Shown here: positions 29,090 through 38,842 of the stretch, piece after piece
Position numbering within the stretch: the first letter of the stretch is position 1
Layout of the letters: the number at the start of each line of letters is the position of its first letter
Source: Candidatus Moranbacteria bacterium GW2011_GWC2_40_12
GTDB lineage: Bacteria; Patescibacteriota; Minisyncoccia; Moranbacterales; UBA11712
Assembly (NCBI GenBank): GCA_000995965.1
Contig: LBYD01000001.1
Coordinates: 12,923 to 76,922 of the forward strand
Reading direction: 5' to 3'
Length of the DNA: 64,000 bases
Program-made: the position numbers and the translations under genes
The notes under the pieces: model-generated
The model's input: the letters and a program-made list of their open reading frames with translations, nothing else
Databases searched by the model: none
Told to the model about the DNA's origin: nothing

Positions 29090-29698
29090 TTATGACGGAA
29101 GAAGCGATTCCAGATCGTCATAATCGTCGTCGTCTAAAACTTCAACCCACTTTGTTTTTGTGATAGTGTTCTTCGAGTCGTTCCATTTTCCGCGGACAAG
29201 CACTTTGTCGTCTTCTTTGAGGCTCGAAAATTCAATGTTGCGTCCGTCTTCATCTTCGATATCTGTCGATTTAAGAATGGCTACGGTTTGATCACCACGT
29301 TCCAATGTTTCAATCTTGAAAGTATTGGAGCTTTCGGTAAGTGAATCGATCACGCCATAGAAAGTCGTCGTATGCTTGTGATAATAGCTCAAATTGCGGA
29401 TTTTGGTAGCCGTCACATTTTCATCGTCAAAAGATCCTTCGATATTGATCACATCGCCCTCTTTTATTTTTGAGTAGGTGATTTTGTGGCTCCCAGAACT
29501 TCCCCTTCTTATTTTAGCGCTAGAGGCGTTCACAACATATGTTGTCCCGTTTTTCACCGCTTCAAGTGTTTTTGCGTCATAATCTATTTTCTCAACAATG
29601 GCGTTTTTGACAGTTTTTGCTTCGGCGCCCTGAACTGCAAAAAATCCGGACAAAGCTAATCCGAAAACCAGAACGGGAAGAAATATAATTTTTTTCAT
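29090..29698 (-). CDS. Secreted protein with two OB-like (DUF5666-like) repeats
   Basis: Signal peptide ending AEA; two 'IKEGDVINIEG / LKEDDKVLVRG' units. Confidence 0.7.
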   Translation of the reverse strand: MKKIIFLPVLVFGLALSGFFAVQGAEAKTVKNAIVEKIDYDAKTLEAVKNGTTYVVNASSAKIRRGSSGSHKITYSKIKEGDVINIEGSFDDENVTATKIRNLSYYHKHTTTFYGVIDSLTESSNTFKIETLERGDQTVAILKSTDIEDEDGRNIEFSSLKEDDKVLVRGKWNDSKNTITKTKWVEVLDDDDYDDLESLLPS

Positions 29699-29760
29699 TT
29701 ATATTTTTTTGATTAAATTATTATTACCTATATAATACAACTAAGCTTGAAAAAAGCAAA

Positions 29761-30438
29761 ATGATATTACCAACCCTAAACTGCGAAAAAAAATATTGGG
29801 AAGGAGGCGTGAAAATCGTCGCCGGAATTGACGAAGCCGGGCGGGGGCCGCTTGCCGGACCGGTGGTGGCGGCAGCGGTTGTCGTGTTTCCTGAAACGCT
29901 GGAAGAGATCAAAAAAGACGCTCTTTTCGGGCTGATACGTGACTCAAAAACCCTTTCTTTTCGCCAGCGGGAGCGGGCCTATGAACTGATCACGGCCAGT
30001 TTCCCTTTTGGAGTTGGATGGTCGAGCCATGAAACAATTGACCGGGTCAACATACTGCAGGCGGCTTTTTTAGCCATGAAAAAGGCTATTTCAGATCTTA
30101 AAAGCAATTTGAAAAATGAAATCGGAATAGTGCTGGTTGACGGCCGTAAGCCAATTCCGAATATTTCGGTGAGGCAGGAAAATATTGTCGGTGGCGACAA
30201 AAATATTTTTTCCATCTCTGCCGCTTCGATCGTCGCTAAAGTGACCCGCGATCGGACGATGCTTGATCTCCATGAAAAATTTCCCGAGTATGGTTTCGCG
30301 CGACATAAGGGATATGGGACAAAATTTCATTTTGAAATGATCGAAAAGCACGGACCTTGCGAAGCGCACAGAAAAAGTTTTCGACTAAAACCAAAAAAGG
30401 GCTTGACAAACTTTTCAAAGAATCTAAAATCAAGTTAG
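29761..30438 (+). CDS. rnhB: Ribonuclease HII
   Basis: GIDEAGRGPLAGPV, DSK, ISAASIVAKVTRD, KGYGT, HRKSF. Confidence 0.97.
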   Translation: MILPTLNCEKKYWEGGVKIVAGIDEAGRGPLAGPVVAAAVVVFPETLEEIKKDALFGLIRDSKTLSFRQRERAYELITASFPFGVGWSSHETIDRVNILQAAFLAMKKAISDLKSNLKNEIGIVLVDGRKPIPNISVRQENIVGGDKNIFSISAASIVAKVTRDRTMLDLHEKFPEYGFARHKGYGTKFHFEMIEKHGPCEAHRKSFRLKPKKGLTNFSKNLKSS

Positions 30439-30471
30439 TAAGAAATAATTTTCTAAATTTCCACAAAAATC

Positions 30472-30687
30472 ATGTCGGTTCCAAAACAGCGTCACACGAA
30501 AGGAAGGAGAGACCGGAGGAGAGCGAACATAAAAATTGTTTCAAAAAATCTCGTGAATTGTTCGCAATGCAAAAAAAAGATAAAACGGCATACGGCTTGT
30601 CAGTTTTGCGGATACTACAAAGGTAAAAAGACGATTGATATAAAGATAAAGAAAAAGAAGGGGAAAGCCGGAAAGAAAAAAGGATAA
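30472..30687 (+). CDS. rpmF: 50S ribosomal protein L32
   Basis: MSVPKQRHTK, CxxC..HTACxxCGYY. Confidence 0.95.
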   Translation: MSVPKQRHTKGRRDRRRANIKIVSKNLVNCSQCKKKIKRHTACQFCGYYKGKKTIDIKIKKKKGKAGKKKG

Positions 30688-30850
30688 AGCCTTGCTGTAA
30701 AAAAACATTCGCAGTATAATTTTAATGAAAATAATTTTTTCGACTACCGGTATGGACTTTATCTCGCCTGATTGCATCGCTCTGGAGCGTTGCGGGCAGG
30801 AGGAGGTTTTCAAAATTTAATCATTAGGCCAAAAACCCAAAACACAAAAA

Positions 30851-31270
30851 ATGAAAAACGAAAAGTTGGGGGGCGGGGAAACCTGCACCTTTGGGGTACA
30901 CCTTACCCTAGATGGTTACGGGGGAAGTCCGGAAAAGCTCAACGATCCAAAACGGATCGAAAAAGCGCTCATCGAGCTTACGGATAAACTGGGAATGGAG
31001 AGAATGATGGAGCCAGTAGTGAAATACGCCGAACCGCGAAACATCAAAGACAGCGGCGGATATTCGGGCTTCGTGATGATCGTCGAGTCTCATATCAGCA
31101 TCCATACCTTTCCCAAGAAAAGGTTTGTAAGCATCGACGCCTACACCTGCAAGGACATAATGGACAAGGATACGGTCGTAAGATACTTCAAGAAAATGTT
31201 TGGTCTTGAAGACACAGAAGTTCAGTTTTTCAAGCGCGGTCTCAAATTTCCTTCGCAGGATTTGGTTTAA
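30851..31270 (+). CDS. speD: SpeD-family pyruvoyl decarboxylase proenzyme
   Basis: HLTLD, GYSG, VESHISIHTFP cleavage motif, DAYTC. Confidence 0.88.
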   Translation: MKNEKLGGGETCTFGVHLTLDGYGGSPEKLNDPKRIEKALIELTDKLGMERMMEPVVKYAEPRNIKDSGGYSGFVMIVESHISIHTFPKKRFVSIDAYTCKDIMDKDTVVRYFKKMFGLEDTEVQFFKRGLKFPSQDLV

Positions 31271-31391
31271 GTTAAATTAGGTCTATGAAATCAGCCGCAA
31301 AAAGTTTCTGCCTGACGGAAACTTTTTACCTGCAAAGATAAGAAAAAAAGCCATTTTTATTTCAGTGATAATATCCTTTTGACACCTTTTA

Positions 31392-32171
31392 ATGGCTAAA
31401 AGGCATGAAAATTATTGGGAATTGGTCTGGGCGCTGGCCCGGACTGATTTTAAATTGCGCTACCACGGCTCGCTTCTTGGCTATATATGGGCGCTTCTCA
31501 AGCCTCTCCTCACTTTTTTGATCCTCAACTTTGTTTTCTCGACGATTTTCAACCCGAAAAATTCCGGTATTCAGCATTTTTCACTCCAGCTCCTCACTTC
31601 CATTATGCTTTTCAATTTTTTTGCCGAAGGAACGCTGGCGGGGCTCAATTCGCTTCTTGGAAAAGCATCGCTTGTGACCAAGATTTATGTTCCGCGCTGG
31701 ACGATCGTGGCGGCTTCGACGATAAACGCAACTTTGATATTCGGGATGAACTTGATTATCATCGCCGCATTTTTTGTTTGGCAGGGATTTTGGCCGGGAA
31801 TTCCGGCAATCCTGATGTTTGTTTTTTTTATAGTTTTGACTTTTCTTCTCATCCTTTCTTTTGCATTCATTGCCGCGCCCCTTTATGTGAAGTTCCGCGA
31901 CTTGTCGCAAATCTGGGAAGTGGCGGTTCAGGCGCTTTTTTATGGGTCGCCGATTGTTTATCCGCTTCAGATTATTCCCCAAAAATACCATGCGATTCTC
32001 CTTGCCAATCCGATAGGCTTCATAATCCATTTCAATAAGCTGGCTTTGACGGAAAGCCATTATCCGACATGGGCGCAAATCAGCGTATTTACGACGCTGG
32101 TTTTTGTTTTGTTTATCGCGAGCCTTTTCGTTTTCAAAAAGCTTGAGCCAAAAGTGGCGGAGAATATATAA
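31392..32171 (+). CDS. wzm: Polysaccharide ABC exporter permease
   Basis: DFKLRY.GS.LG..W, KIYVP, RDL.QIW, FY.SPIVYP, NP. Confidence 0.92.
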   Translation: MAKRHENYWELVWALARTDFKLRYHGSLLGYIWALLKPLLTFLILNFVFSTIFNPKNSGIQHFSLQLLTSIMLFNFFAEGTLAGLNSLLGKASLVTKIYVPRWTIVAASTINATLIFGMNLIIIAAFFVWQGFWPGIPAILMFVFFIVLTFLLILSFAFIAAPLYVKFRDLSQIWEVAVQALFYGSPIVYPLQIIPQKYHAILLANPIGFIIHFNKLALTESHYPTWAQISVFTTLVFVLFIASLFVFKKLEPKVAENI

Positions 32172-32303
32172 AATTGAAAATGTAAAAAAAATGAAAAATG
32201 ACAGTAAGAAGTTCAAAATAGTCAAATGTCGAAATCGATTTCGGGATTCAAAAAATTTTTCATTTTGAATTGCCATTTTTCATTTTGAGATTTCAATTTT
32301 ACA
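32170..32303. repeat. A-rich/T-rich inverted element
   Basis: AAATTGAAAATGTAAAA..AAATGACA facing TTGCCATTTTTCATTTTGA..TTTTACAT. Confidence 0.6.
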
Positions 32304-32311
32304 TCTTTCTT

Positions 32312-34219
32312 GTGTTAAAACACAAATACAAGCTCGCCGCTATTTTTATCTGCCTTTTATTTTTCTTTTTGGCGCTTTTCTCAAGCGCCGGTTTTTCGCG
32401 GAAAAACATGAAATACTCCGGAAACGGCATTCTGGCGGACGAGATTCCCCATATCGCCGGCGGCTACTACTATCTCAAAACAAATCGCTATTATATCAAT
32501 CCTGAACACCCTCCTCTCGTAAAAGACATCGCGGGTCTGGGAGAGCTTCTCATCAGTCCAAAACTTCCAAATATCACAAACCAAACGGAACTGCCGGCAG
32601 ATTTTCATCGTGCCGAATATCCATTCGTTGGCGCTCAGTTTCCAAAAGCTCTCGAGTGGCAGAACAATCAGGATCATTTCGGGACGATGTTTCTTTACCA
32701 GCCGCAAAATAATCCGGACAAAATCGCTTTTTTTGCGCGGCTGGCTGTTATTCTTGCCAATACGCTCTTATTATATTCATTATTTTATCTTCTCGCGGAA
32801 ATATGGTCCGAAAGAGCGGCGCTACTCGGGCTATTCTTCTTCTCTGTTTCCCAATTCAGCATCGCCCACGGATCGTTTGTTGTGATAGATTTCATGTCGG
32901 CGCTTCTCACGGGCATTGCGATCGCCGCCTTGGCGATTTATCTCAAAAGATACGCGGATGGCAGTCACGCCTCGAGATACTTCTTCATCACTTCGCTTTT
33001 TTTTGCGCTGGCGCTTCTTGCGAAATTTTCTTCCGTCGTTCTTCTTCCCGCCGCATTTTTCGGCGGGCTAATTCATGTAATCTTTACAAAGGTCCGGCTT
33101 TCCCGGGAGGATCGAACCATATTTGCGGCAAAATATATTTTTTCCTATGCGGCGATTGTGATTCTCGCGCTGTTTTTCATTTCCGCGTTCTATGTTTTTC
33201 ATACCTACAAGATGGAAAATGAAATTCTGGTCCAGAAGCTCCATGAAAACTATCCCGAAGAAAATCTGCCCGCCTTGGGGCATAGAATTCTCGAGCTGAT
33301 GGTCTATCTTAATCCTTTCACAAAGGGCCTGGCGGCGTATATAAACGGGGCTTTTATGGTTGTCAGCCGGATGGTTGTTTCCGCACAGAACACCTATTTT
33401 CTCGGCCATGTCTTCGGCAATGAAGGAGCCGGCTGGAAATATTGGCCCGTGCTATATTTCACAAAACTGTCGCTCGGGCTGCATTTTTTCACACTGCTGG
33501 TTATGTCACTGATTTTTTTCGGCCTGTTCAAGAAAAAAAGAAAAATAAAGCAAAAATTGGCGGGTTTTATTTCCAATCCGCTCTCAGTGTTACTGCTAGT
33601 CTTCATAATGGCCTACATGGCCGTCACACTCCACTCGACTTTTCAAATTGGTCTTCGGCACATAATGCCCGTCATTCTGGCCGCCTCGCTTTTGACTGGA
33701 AAAGGTGCCAATTCTTTTTGGGAGTTTTCATTTTTAAGGCCGAACCTTAAAAATTTGAGAAGGTTTGACCTTAGGTTGAAACATTTATTTTTCGCCGTCG
33801 CGGTGCTCATGCTTTTCTCCGTTTTTTGCTCATTTCCGTATTATCTTGAATACTACAATATCTTGGGCGGGGGAACGGACAAAGGGTATAAAGTTGCGAC
33901 TGATTCCAATTATGACTGGGGGGGATCGGATGTGCGGCGGCTCGCCAAGTGGACGCGGGATAACAACGTCAAGGAAATTTATACTCAAATGTTCGCGGAT
34001 GTGCCTTTGAAATACTATCTCGGCGACGGGCAGAAATATTTCAATTTGCAGGACGAGGGACATCTGCCGCCCTCCGGGTCGTATCTGGCTGTTTCAGTTT
34101 TTGAATATATGAACAATCTTTATTCCTGGTATATCCCGCCGGAGCGAAAATACACGATTCTCAAGGACAATCTTGTGGCGAGAGTTGGGAAGACAATATT
34201 CGTGTATCGCATCCCCTGA
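32312..34219 (+). CDS. ArnT/PMT-like (GT-C) glycosyltransferase
   Basis: DEIPHI, NPEHPPLVK, many TM segments, IGLRH, DSNYDWG. Confidence 0.8.
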   Translation: MLKHKYKLAAIFICLLFFFLALFSSAGFSRKNMKYSGNGILADEIPHIAGGYYYLKTNRYYINPEHPPLVKDIAGLGELLISPKLPNITNQTELPADFHRAEYPFVGAQFPKALEWQNNQDHFGTMFLYQPQNNPDKIAFFARLAVILANTLLLYSLFYLLAEIWSERAALLGLFFFSVSQFSIAHGSFVVIDFMSALLTGIAIAALAIYLKRYADGSHASRYFFITSLFFALALLAKFSSVVLLPAAFFGGLIHVIFTKVRLSREDRTIFAAKYIFSYAAIVILALFFISAFYVFHTYKMENEILVQKLHENYPEENLPALGHRILELMVYLNPFTKGLAAYINGAFMVVSRMVVSAQNTYFLGHVFGNEGAGWKYWPVLYFTKLSLGLHFFTLLVMSLIFFGLFKKKRKIKQKLAGFISNPLSVLLLVFIMAYMAVTLHSTFQIGLRHIMPVILAASLLTGKGANSFWEFSFLRPNLKNLRRFDLRLKHLFFAVAVLMLFSVFCSFPYYLEYYNILGGGTDKGYKVATDSNYDWGGSDVRRLAKWTRDNNVKEIYTQMFADVPLKYYLGDGQKYFNLQDEGHLPPSGSYLAVSVFEYMNNLYSWYIPPERKYTILKDNLVARVGKTIFVYRIP

Positions 34220-34274
34220 GATATTTTTTTTGATTGGCCGTTTTTTTTATTTTCTATCTAGTAAGAGAAAAAAG

Positions 34275-37022
34275 ATGAAAAGTGGCAGAAATCTGATGAT
34301 AATCGCGCTGGCGCTGGCTGGCACGCTGTTTTTTGCGTTTCCGCGGAATATTTTCGCAAAGGTGGAACTTGGTTCAGGCGACCCGATTCCGCCCGTCTGG
34401 AGCAAATCTGACAGCCCTTATGTCATAAAGAACACTATCCAGGCAGCGAGTCCTGTCACGATTGAGCCAGGCGTCGTGGTCAAGTTCAAATACGCGGCTT
34501 CGGCAACTTTTCTTGATTCAATCACCGCCATCGGGACCGAAAAAGAAAGAATCGTGTTCACGGCCTGGACGGATGATGAGAACGGGGGAGACACAGACGG
34601 TGATCTCGGATCGCACCCTCCCCAAAAAGGATATTGGTACAGAATTCTGATTGGCTCGAGCGCCAAGGCTCAATTCGAAAATACCTCTTTCCTTTATGGA
34701 GGAGAGCATCCCTGGGGGACACTGTCGTTTGATTCAGCCTCGAAAAACAGCGTAAGCGTGAGAAATTCCGCTTTCAAGCACAACCAATATGCGGGAATTT
34801 ACATCAACTATAATCCTGATCAAATCATCGAAAACAACACTTTCTTGGATAATGGAGAGGGGATTGTGCTGAATGATTGCTATCACGGCTTGTCCGCAAC
34901 AATTTCCGGGAATTCTTTTGAGAAAAATGCCAATTTCGGCGTGAGGGTCGCTTATCCTTCCTATAACACGCTGGATGCGAGAAATAATTGGTGGGGCGAT
35001 CGGTCCGGTCCCTATCAATCAACAAAAAATCCCAGCGGGAAAGGAGATAAAATTTCAAACGGAGTCTTGTTTGATCCCTGGATTGGAAAAGGAGGATTTG
35101 TTCCAGTGGTTGTTGTTCCCGGTGTAATGGCGTCCTGGGAAAAAGACGGGGAATGGCAGATTGATCCGATTTTTCATACTTACGACAATTTGCTGGAAGA
35201 ATTCAAAAATGAAGGATATATCCCGGAAAAAGAACTTTTCACTTTTCCCTATGAATGGCGGGACAGCAACGTGAGCAATGCGGTGAAACTAAAAGATAAA
35301 ATTCAGGAAATAAAAAACCAAACCGGATTTCCAAAAGTTGATATTGTCGCCCATTCCATGGGCGGGCTTCTCGCCAGGCAGTATATTGAATCGGATGATT
35401 ATCAAGATGACGTGAGACAGTTGATCACGGTTGCAACTCCGCATTTAGGAGCGCCGAAAGTTTATGTGAAGTGGGAAGCCGGCGCGTTTTTTTCGGATAT
35501 TTTTGAGACGGTGGGAAAATATATCTTCGAGCAAGAAGCCAAAGAAAACGGATACGGCAGCGTATTTCACTATATTCGGGACCGGATTGCTTCCGTCAAG
35601 GAACTTTTGCCGGTTTATGATTATCTTTGGGACGACAACGGGACAGATTATGATTTGCGAGTGGGCTACCCGGAAAATTATCCAAGAAATGAATTTTTGG
35701 AAAATTTGAATAGCGCGGAAAAAGTGAAAAAGTTGGAAAATGTTGAGTTTACGAAGATAATAGGAAAACCGGAAGGCGCAAAAACAACAATCTCCGGTTA
35801 TAATGTAGTTGACGCTGATATAAGGGAGTTGTGGGAGCATGGATATCCGCATGGATTTGAAATTTCCAAATTAGGAGATCAGGGAATAAATAAAGATTAT
35901 GGAGACGAGACCGTGCCACTATATTCGGCGGAATCATCTAATATTCCAAATAACAAAACATTATATTTTGAATCCGAACATAACATTATTCCTACTGATG
36001 CCCAACGAGATATTCTTCAAATTCTCACCGGGAAAAAACCGGAAAATGAAGTGAAAAATTGGGTGATTGATGATATTCTTATCGGGCTGGTTTTTTCTCC
36101 GGTTGATATTCAAATAGTTTCGCCTAGCGGAAAAAGACTTGGAAAAAATTTCGAAACAGGCGGGGAATACGGCGAAATCGAAGGAGCCTACTATAGTGGT
36201 TTCAAAAATGACACCGAATTTTTCACCATTCCGAATCCTGAAGACGGCGAATATAAAATATTCGCGCAGGGGACGGGCGAAGGCGGCAGCTATAAAATCG
36301 AAGTGGCCGAAATTTCAGAAAATCCGGCTGATCCAGACAATGCCAAAGAATCTTCCGTCGTGATTGAGGATGAGGCTCAAGCGGGGAAAACACGGGAAGC
36401 CAAAGTGGAAGTGACCGAGGATCAGATAAGATACAATCCCGACAAGACGCCGCCGACGATCACGGTTTCCTCTCCGGAAAAAAAAGATTATACTAATGAT
36501 GAGATTCTGGCAATCGATTACGAAGTTCAGGATCCTGAATCAGGAGTGGCAAGCAATGTTTGGCAGGTTGAAAAAGACGGCCAAAATGTTGGATGGCAGA
36601 AAAATGCTGTTGATCTTTCGTTCGAGCATCTTGGGAACTATGTTTTGCGGATAAATGCCGCAGATAATGCCGGGAATTCGATCGAAAAGGAGGCGAATTT
36701 TCAGGTGGTGACGAGCCTTGAGGCAATTCGAAACAATCTCAACCATTATTTCAGCCTGGGGCTTATCAAAAAGAAAGTCGCCCACAAATATTTCGATGCC
36801 AAATTCAGAAATTTGGAAAAACTCTTGAGTCTTCTCAAAAAAGCAGAAAATTCAAATCTGAAACCCAAGCCGAAACAGGAAGTAGTTGCATCACTTGAGA
36901 AAAAAATCAGCAAGAGTATCAGCGTAATTATTCGTCAGATCAACCGAAAAACTCCCCAATGGATTGACCCGAAAGCGGCAAATTTTCTCATTGAAGATCT
37001 CAACTATATTAGAAATAATTAA
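34275..37022 (+). CDS. Secreted beta-helix + alpha/beta-hydrolase (lipase-like) + Ig-like protein
   Basis: Signal peptide; beta-helix region with NNWWG; VVVPG, PYEWR, IVAHSMGGL, TPHLG, GDETVP; SPVDI; DKTPP. Confidence 0.85.
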   Translation: MKSGRNLMIIALALAGTLFFAFPRNIFAKVELGSGDPIPPVWSKSDSPYVIKNTIQAASPVTIEPGVVVKFKYAASATFLDSITAIGTEKERIVFTAWTDDENGGDTDGDLGSHPPQKGYWYRILIGSSAKAQFENTSFLYGGEHPWGTLSFDSASKNSVSVRNSAFKHNQYAGIYINYNPDQIIENNTFLDNGEGIVLNDCYHGLSATISGNSFEKNANFGVRVAYPSYNTLDARNNWWGDRSGPYQSTKNPSGKGDKISNGVLFDPWIGKGGFVPVVVVPGVMASWEKDGEWQIDPIFHTYDNLLEEFKNEGYIPEKELFTFPYEWRDSNVSNAVKLKDKIQEIKNQTGFPKVDIVAHSMGGLLARQYIESDDYQDDVRQLITVATPHLGAPKVYVKWEAGAFFSDIFETVGKYIFEQEAKENGYGSVFHYIRDRIASVKELLPVYDYLWDDNGTDYDLRVGYPENYPRNEFLENLNSAEKVKKLENVEFTKIIGKPEGAKTTISGYNVVDADIRELWEHGYPHGFEISKLGDQGINKDYGDETVPLYSAESSNIPNNKTLYFESEHNIIPTDAQRDILQILTGKKPENEVKNWVIDDILIGLVFSPVDIQIVSPSGKRLGKNFETGGEYGEIEGAYYSGFKNDTEFFTIPNPEDGEYKIFAQGTGEGGSYKIEVAEISENPADPDNAKESSVVIEDEAQAGKTREAKVEVTEDQIRYNPDKTPPTITVSSPEKKDYTNDEILAIDYEVQDPESGVASNVWQVEKDGQNVGWQKNAVDLSFEHLGNYVLRINAADNAGNSIEKEANFQVVTSLEAIRNNLNHYFSLGLIKKKVAHKYFDAKFRNLEKLLSLLKKAENSNLKPKPKQEVVASLEKKISKSISVIIRQINRKTPQWIDPKAANFLIEDLNYIRNN

Positions 37023-37059
37023 AAATTAATTGAAATAATTTCCGCGAAACGAAAATTAC

Positions 37060-37371
37060 GTGGGAGTTATAAGAAAAATTATGTTACTTCTGGGAAGTGC
37101 TCGAGCAGATATTTGGATTACGCTTTTTTTGCTGAGTATATCTTTTATTGTTTCGCTTATATTTTTTGCTGTGGCGAGAAGAAAGATTCTGGCTCTGATC
37201 GTATTTTCTGTTTTGGCAAATATATCTGTGTTGTTAAATGCAGGATCAGGGATGTTTGATTTTTACAGTATCGGGTGGCTGAAAACCTTCTCCGTCTTAA
37301 TCTGGCCGCTTCTCAACATTTTTTTCATAATTCGCTATGTGCAGACGAAGCCTGCCAAGCCGAAGAAATAG
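37060..37371 (+). CDS. Small 3-TM membrane protein
   Basis: Three hydrophobic segments; 37 nt after the lipase-like gene. Confidence 0.7.
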   Translation: MGVIRKIMLLLGSARADIWITLFLLSISFIVSLIFFAVARRKILALIVFSVLANISVLLNAGSGMFDFYSIGWLKTFSVLIWPLLNIFFIIRYVQTKPAKPKK

Positions 37372-37448
37372 CGCCAAAATAAAGCAAAAATAGTCAGTGA
37401 AAAATCCTCGACAAAACGGGGATTTTTTGGTATCCTTTTATTGTTGCT

Positions 37449-37547
37449 ATGGAAAAAGAAATTGCTATCAAAGCCGAAAATATAAGCAAAACCTTCCGCA
37501 TTCCCAACGAGAAAATCCCAACTCTGCGGGGGGCTTTGCGCAGTTGA
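37449..37547 (+). pseudogene. Truncated 5' copy of wzt
   Basis: MEKEIAIKAENISKTFRIPNEKIPTLRGALRS*; first ~57 nt identical to 38843 onward. Confidence 0.9.
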
Positions 37548-37689
37548 TTATAAATACTAAGTTTATGATTAGTTGGGTAATCATAAAGTGAAATAATTGA
37601 AAAAGAGCTTATTTTCAGGGAAATTTTGGCTTAATTATCGAAGTTGATGAGCTATAATAAAAGCAAAAACCTTTGAAATCAAAAGCGAA

Positions 37690-38156
37690 TTGGAACCGCG
37701 ATACAACAAAAGGATATTGAAAAGATACAAAAACCGCGAAAAGTTATTCAAGGAACGGACGGAAATTATCCGAAAAAGGCGCTATGATTTGCCACAGCCC
37801 TTGAATTATGTCGATTGGCGGAGCCCCTACGACAATATTTTTGTGTGGCAAGAGAAAGGAAAAAATATTTTCGAAAAGGCGGAAGCGGATCGTCTGGAGC
37901 GCGGCAAACCAATTCGGAATTCATTTTCGGTTTCGTACTTATAAACAAAACAAATCCGGTCAAATCGTATCTGTTTTTGTACGCGGACGATAATCAACTC
38001 TATTTTATCAAAGAATTTCCATCTCTGGCTGTTCCGTGCTATGAAATCGGATCAAACTATTTTCAGCCAAATCGCGAGGGAGAGAAGATTTTTTCGAGAA
38101 CAAGATTGATGGAATGGGAAAGCTTCTATAAGGCGGAAAAGATAATCATAAAGTGA
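37690..38156 (+). pseudogene. Hypothetical gene split by a -1 frameshift at A6 (37860-37865)
   Basis: Overlapping ORFs 37690-37944 and 37815-38156 join if one A is added. Confidence 0.55.
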
Positions 38157-38241
38157 AAAGCACAAACTCTTTGATCTTCGACAAGTCAGGCCTTTTTTGG
38201 TAAACTTGATTTATCGATTATGAGATTTCATAAAAAATATA

Positions 38242-38676
38242 ATGAGAGTTTATCAAACAAAAGCGAAAAAGTTGTCCGGAACTGATTTTCAGGAAGTCAA
38301 CCGCAAGGCCCACGAAATTTATACTCAAATAAAAAAGAAATCAAAAAGACGCCCCTACGTCCGTTCAGCGTATTTTAGGAAAGAGAAAATATTTCTGGAA
38401 TTGTTTTGGAAACATTTATACGGAAAAGAAAATTGGCGGGACAGAATGAGGCGACTGAAATACTTTGCTTGCGTGATTGAATTGATCCAAAAATCCCGCT
38501 TTGCGCCGACTTCCAAGAAAAATCCAAACAAATCAAAAGAAATGCTTCATCGGTTTTATGGACTCACGGCAGATAATGAATTGTTCTGCATCCAAATCAA
38601 GGAAGATGTCAAAAACAAGCAAAAATTTTTGATTTCCGTTTTCCCAACCGACGGACCATGGGATTGGGATATGTGA
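38242..38676 (+). CDS. Basic hypothetical protein, possibly RelE/BECR-fold RNase-like
   Basis: 144 aa; R..R...F...IELI, then beta-rich HRFYG..FCIQIKE..KFLISVFP; promoter TCGACA-N17-TAAACT. Fold is inferred. Confidence 0.7.
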   Translation: MRVYQTKAKKLSGTDFQEVNRKAHEIYTQIKKKSKRRPYVRSAYFRKEKIFLELFWKHLYGKENWRDRMRRLKYFACVIELIQKSRFAPTSKKNPNKSKEMLHRFYGLTADNELFCIQIKEDVKNKQKFLISVFPTDGPWDWDM

Positions 38677-38677
38677 A

Positions 38678-38736
38678 CAAAAAAGGACCTTCCGCTATGC
38701 GTGGTGTATAAACCACAGGCCGAAGGACCTTTCTAT
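38678..38736 (-). ncRNA. Putative ~58-nt convergent small RNA
   Basis: Minus-strand promoter upstream, internal hairpin, ends in U6. Confidence 0.5.
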
Positions 38737-38741
38737 GAATA

Positions 38742-38770
38742 ATACTACCAAACTAGAAAAATTCTGTCAA
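38742..38770 (-). promoter_or_regulatory. Antisense-oriented sigma70 promoter
   Basis: TTGACA-N17-TAGTAT on the minus strand. Confidence 0.75.
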
Positions 38771-38842
38771 TATGCAATTTATTGCTTTATACAAGCTAAA
38801 ATAGACAATCAGGATAATTTTTGCTAGGCTGAAATATAGGTT

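Noticed and set aside
35411-35422. CGTGAGACAGTT matches part of the missing 23S segment
   Set aside because: Only 12 nt, in-frame in the lipase gene, and the flanks do not match rRNA.
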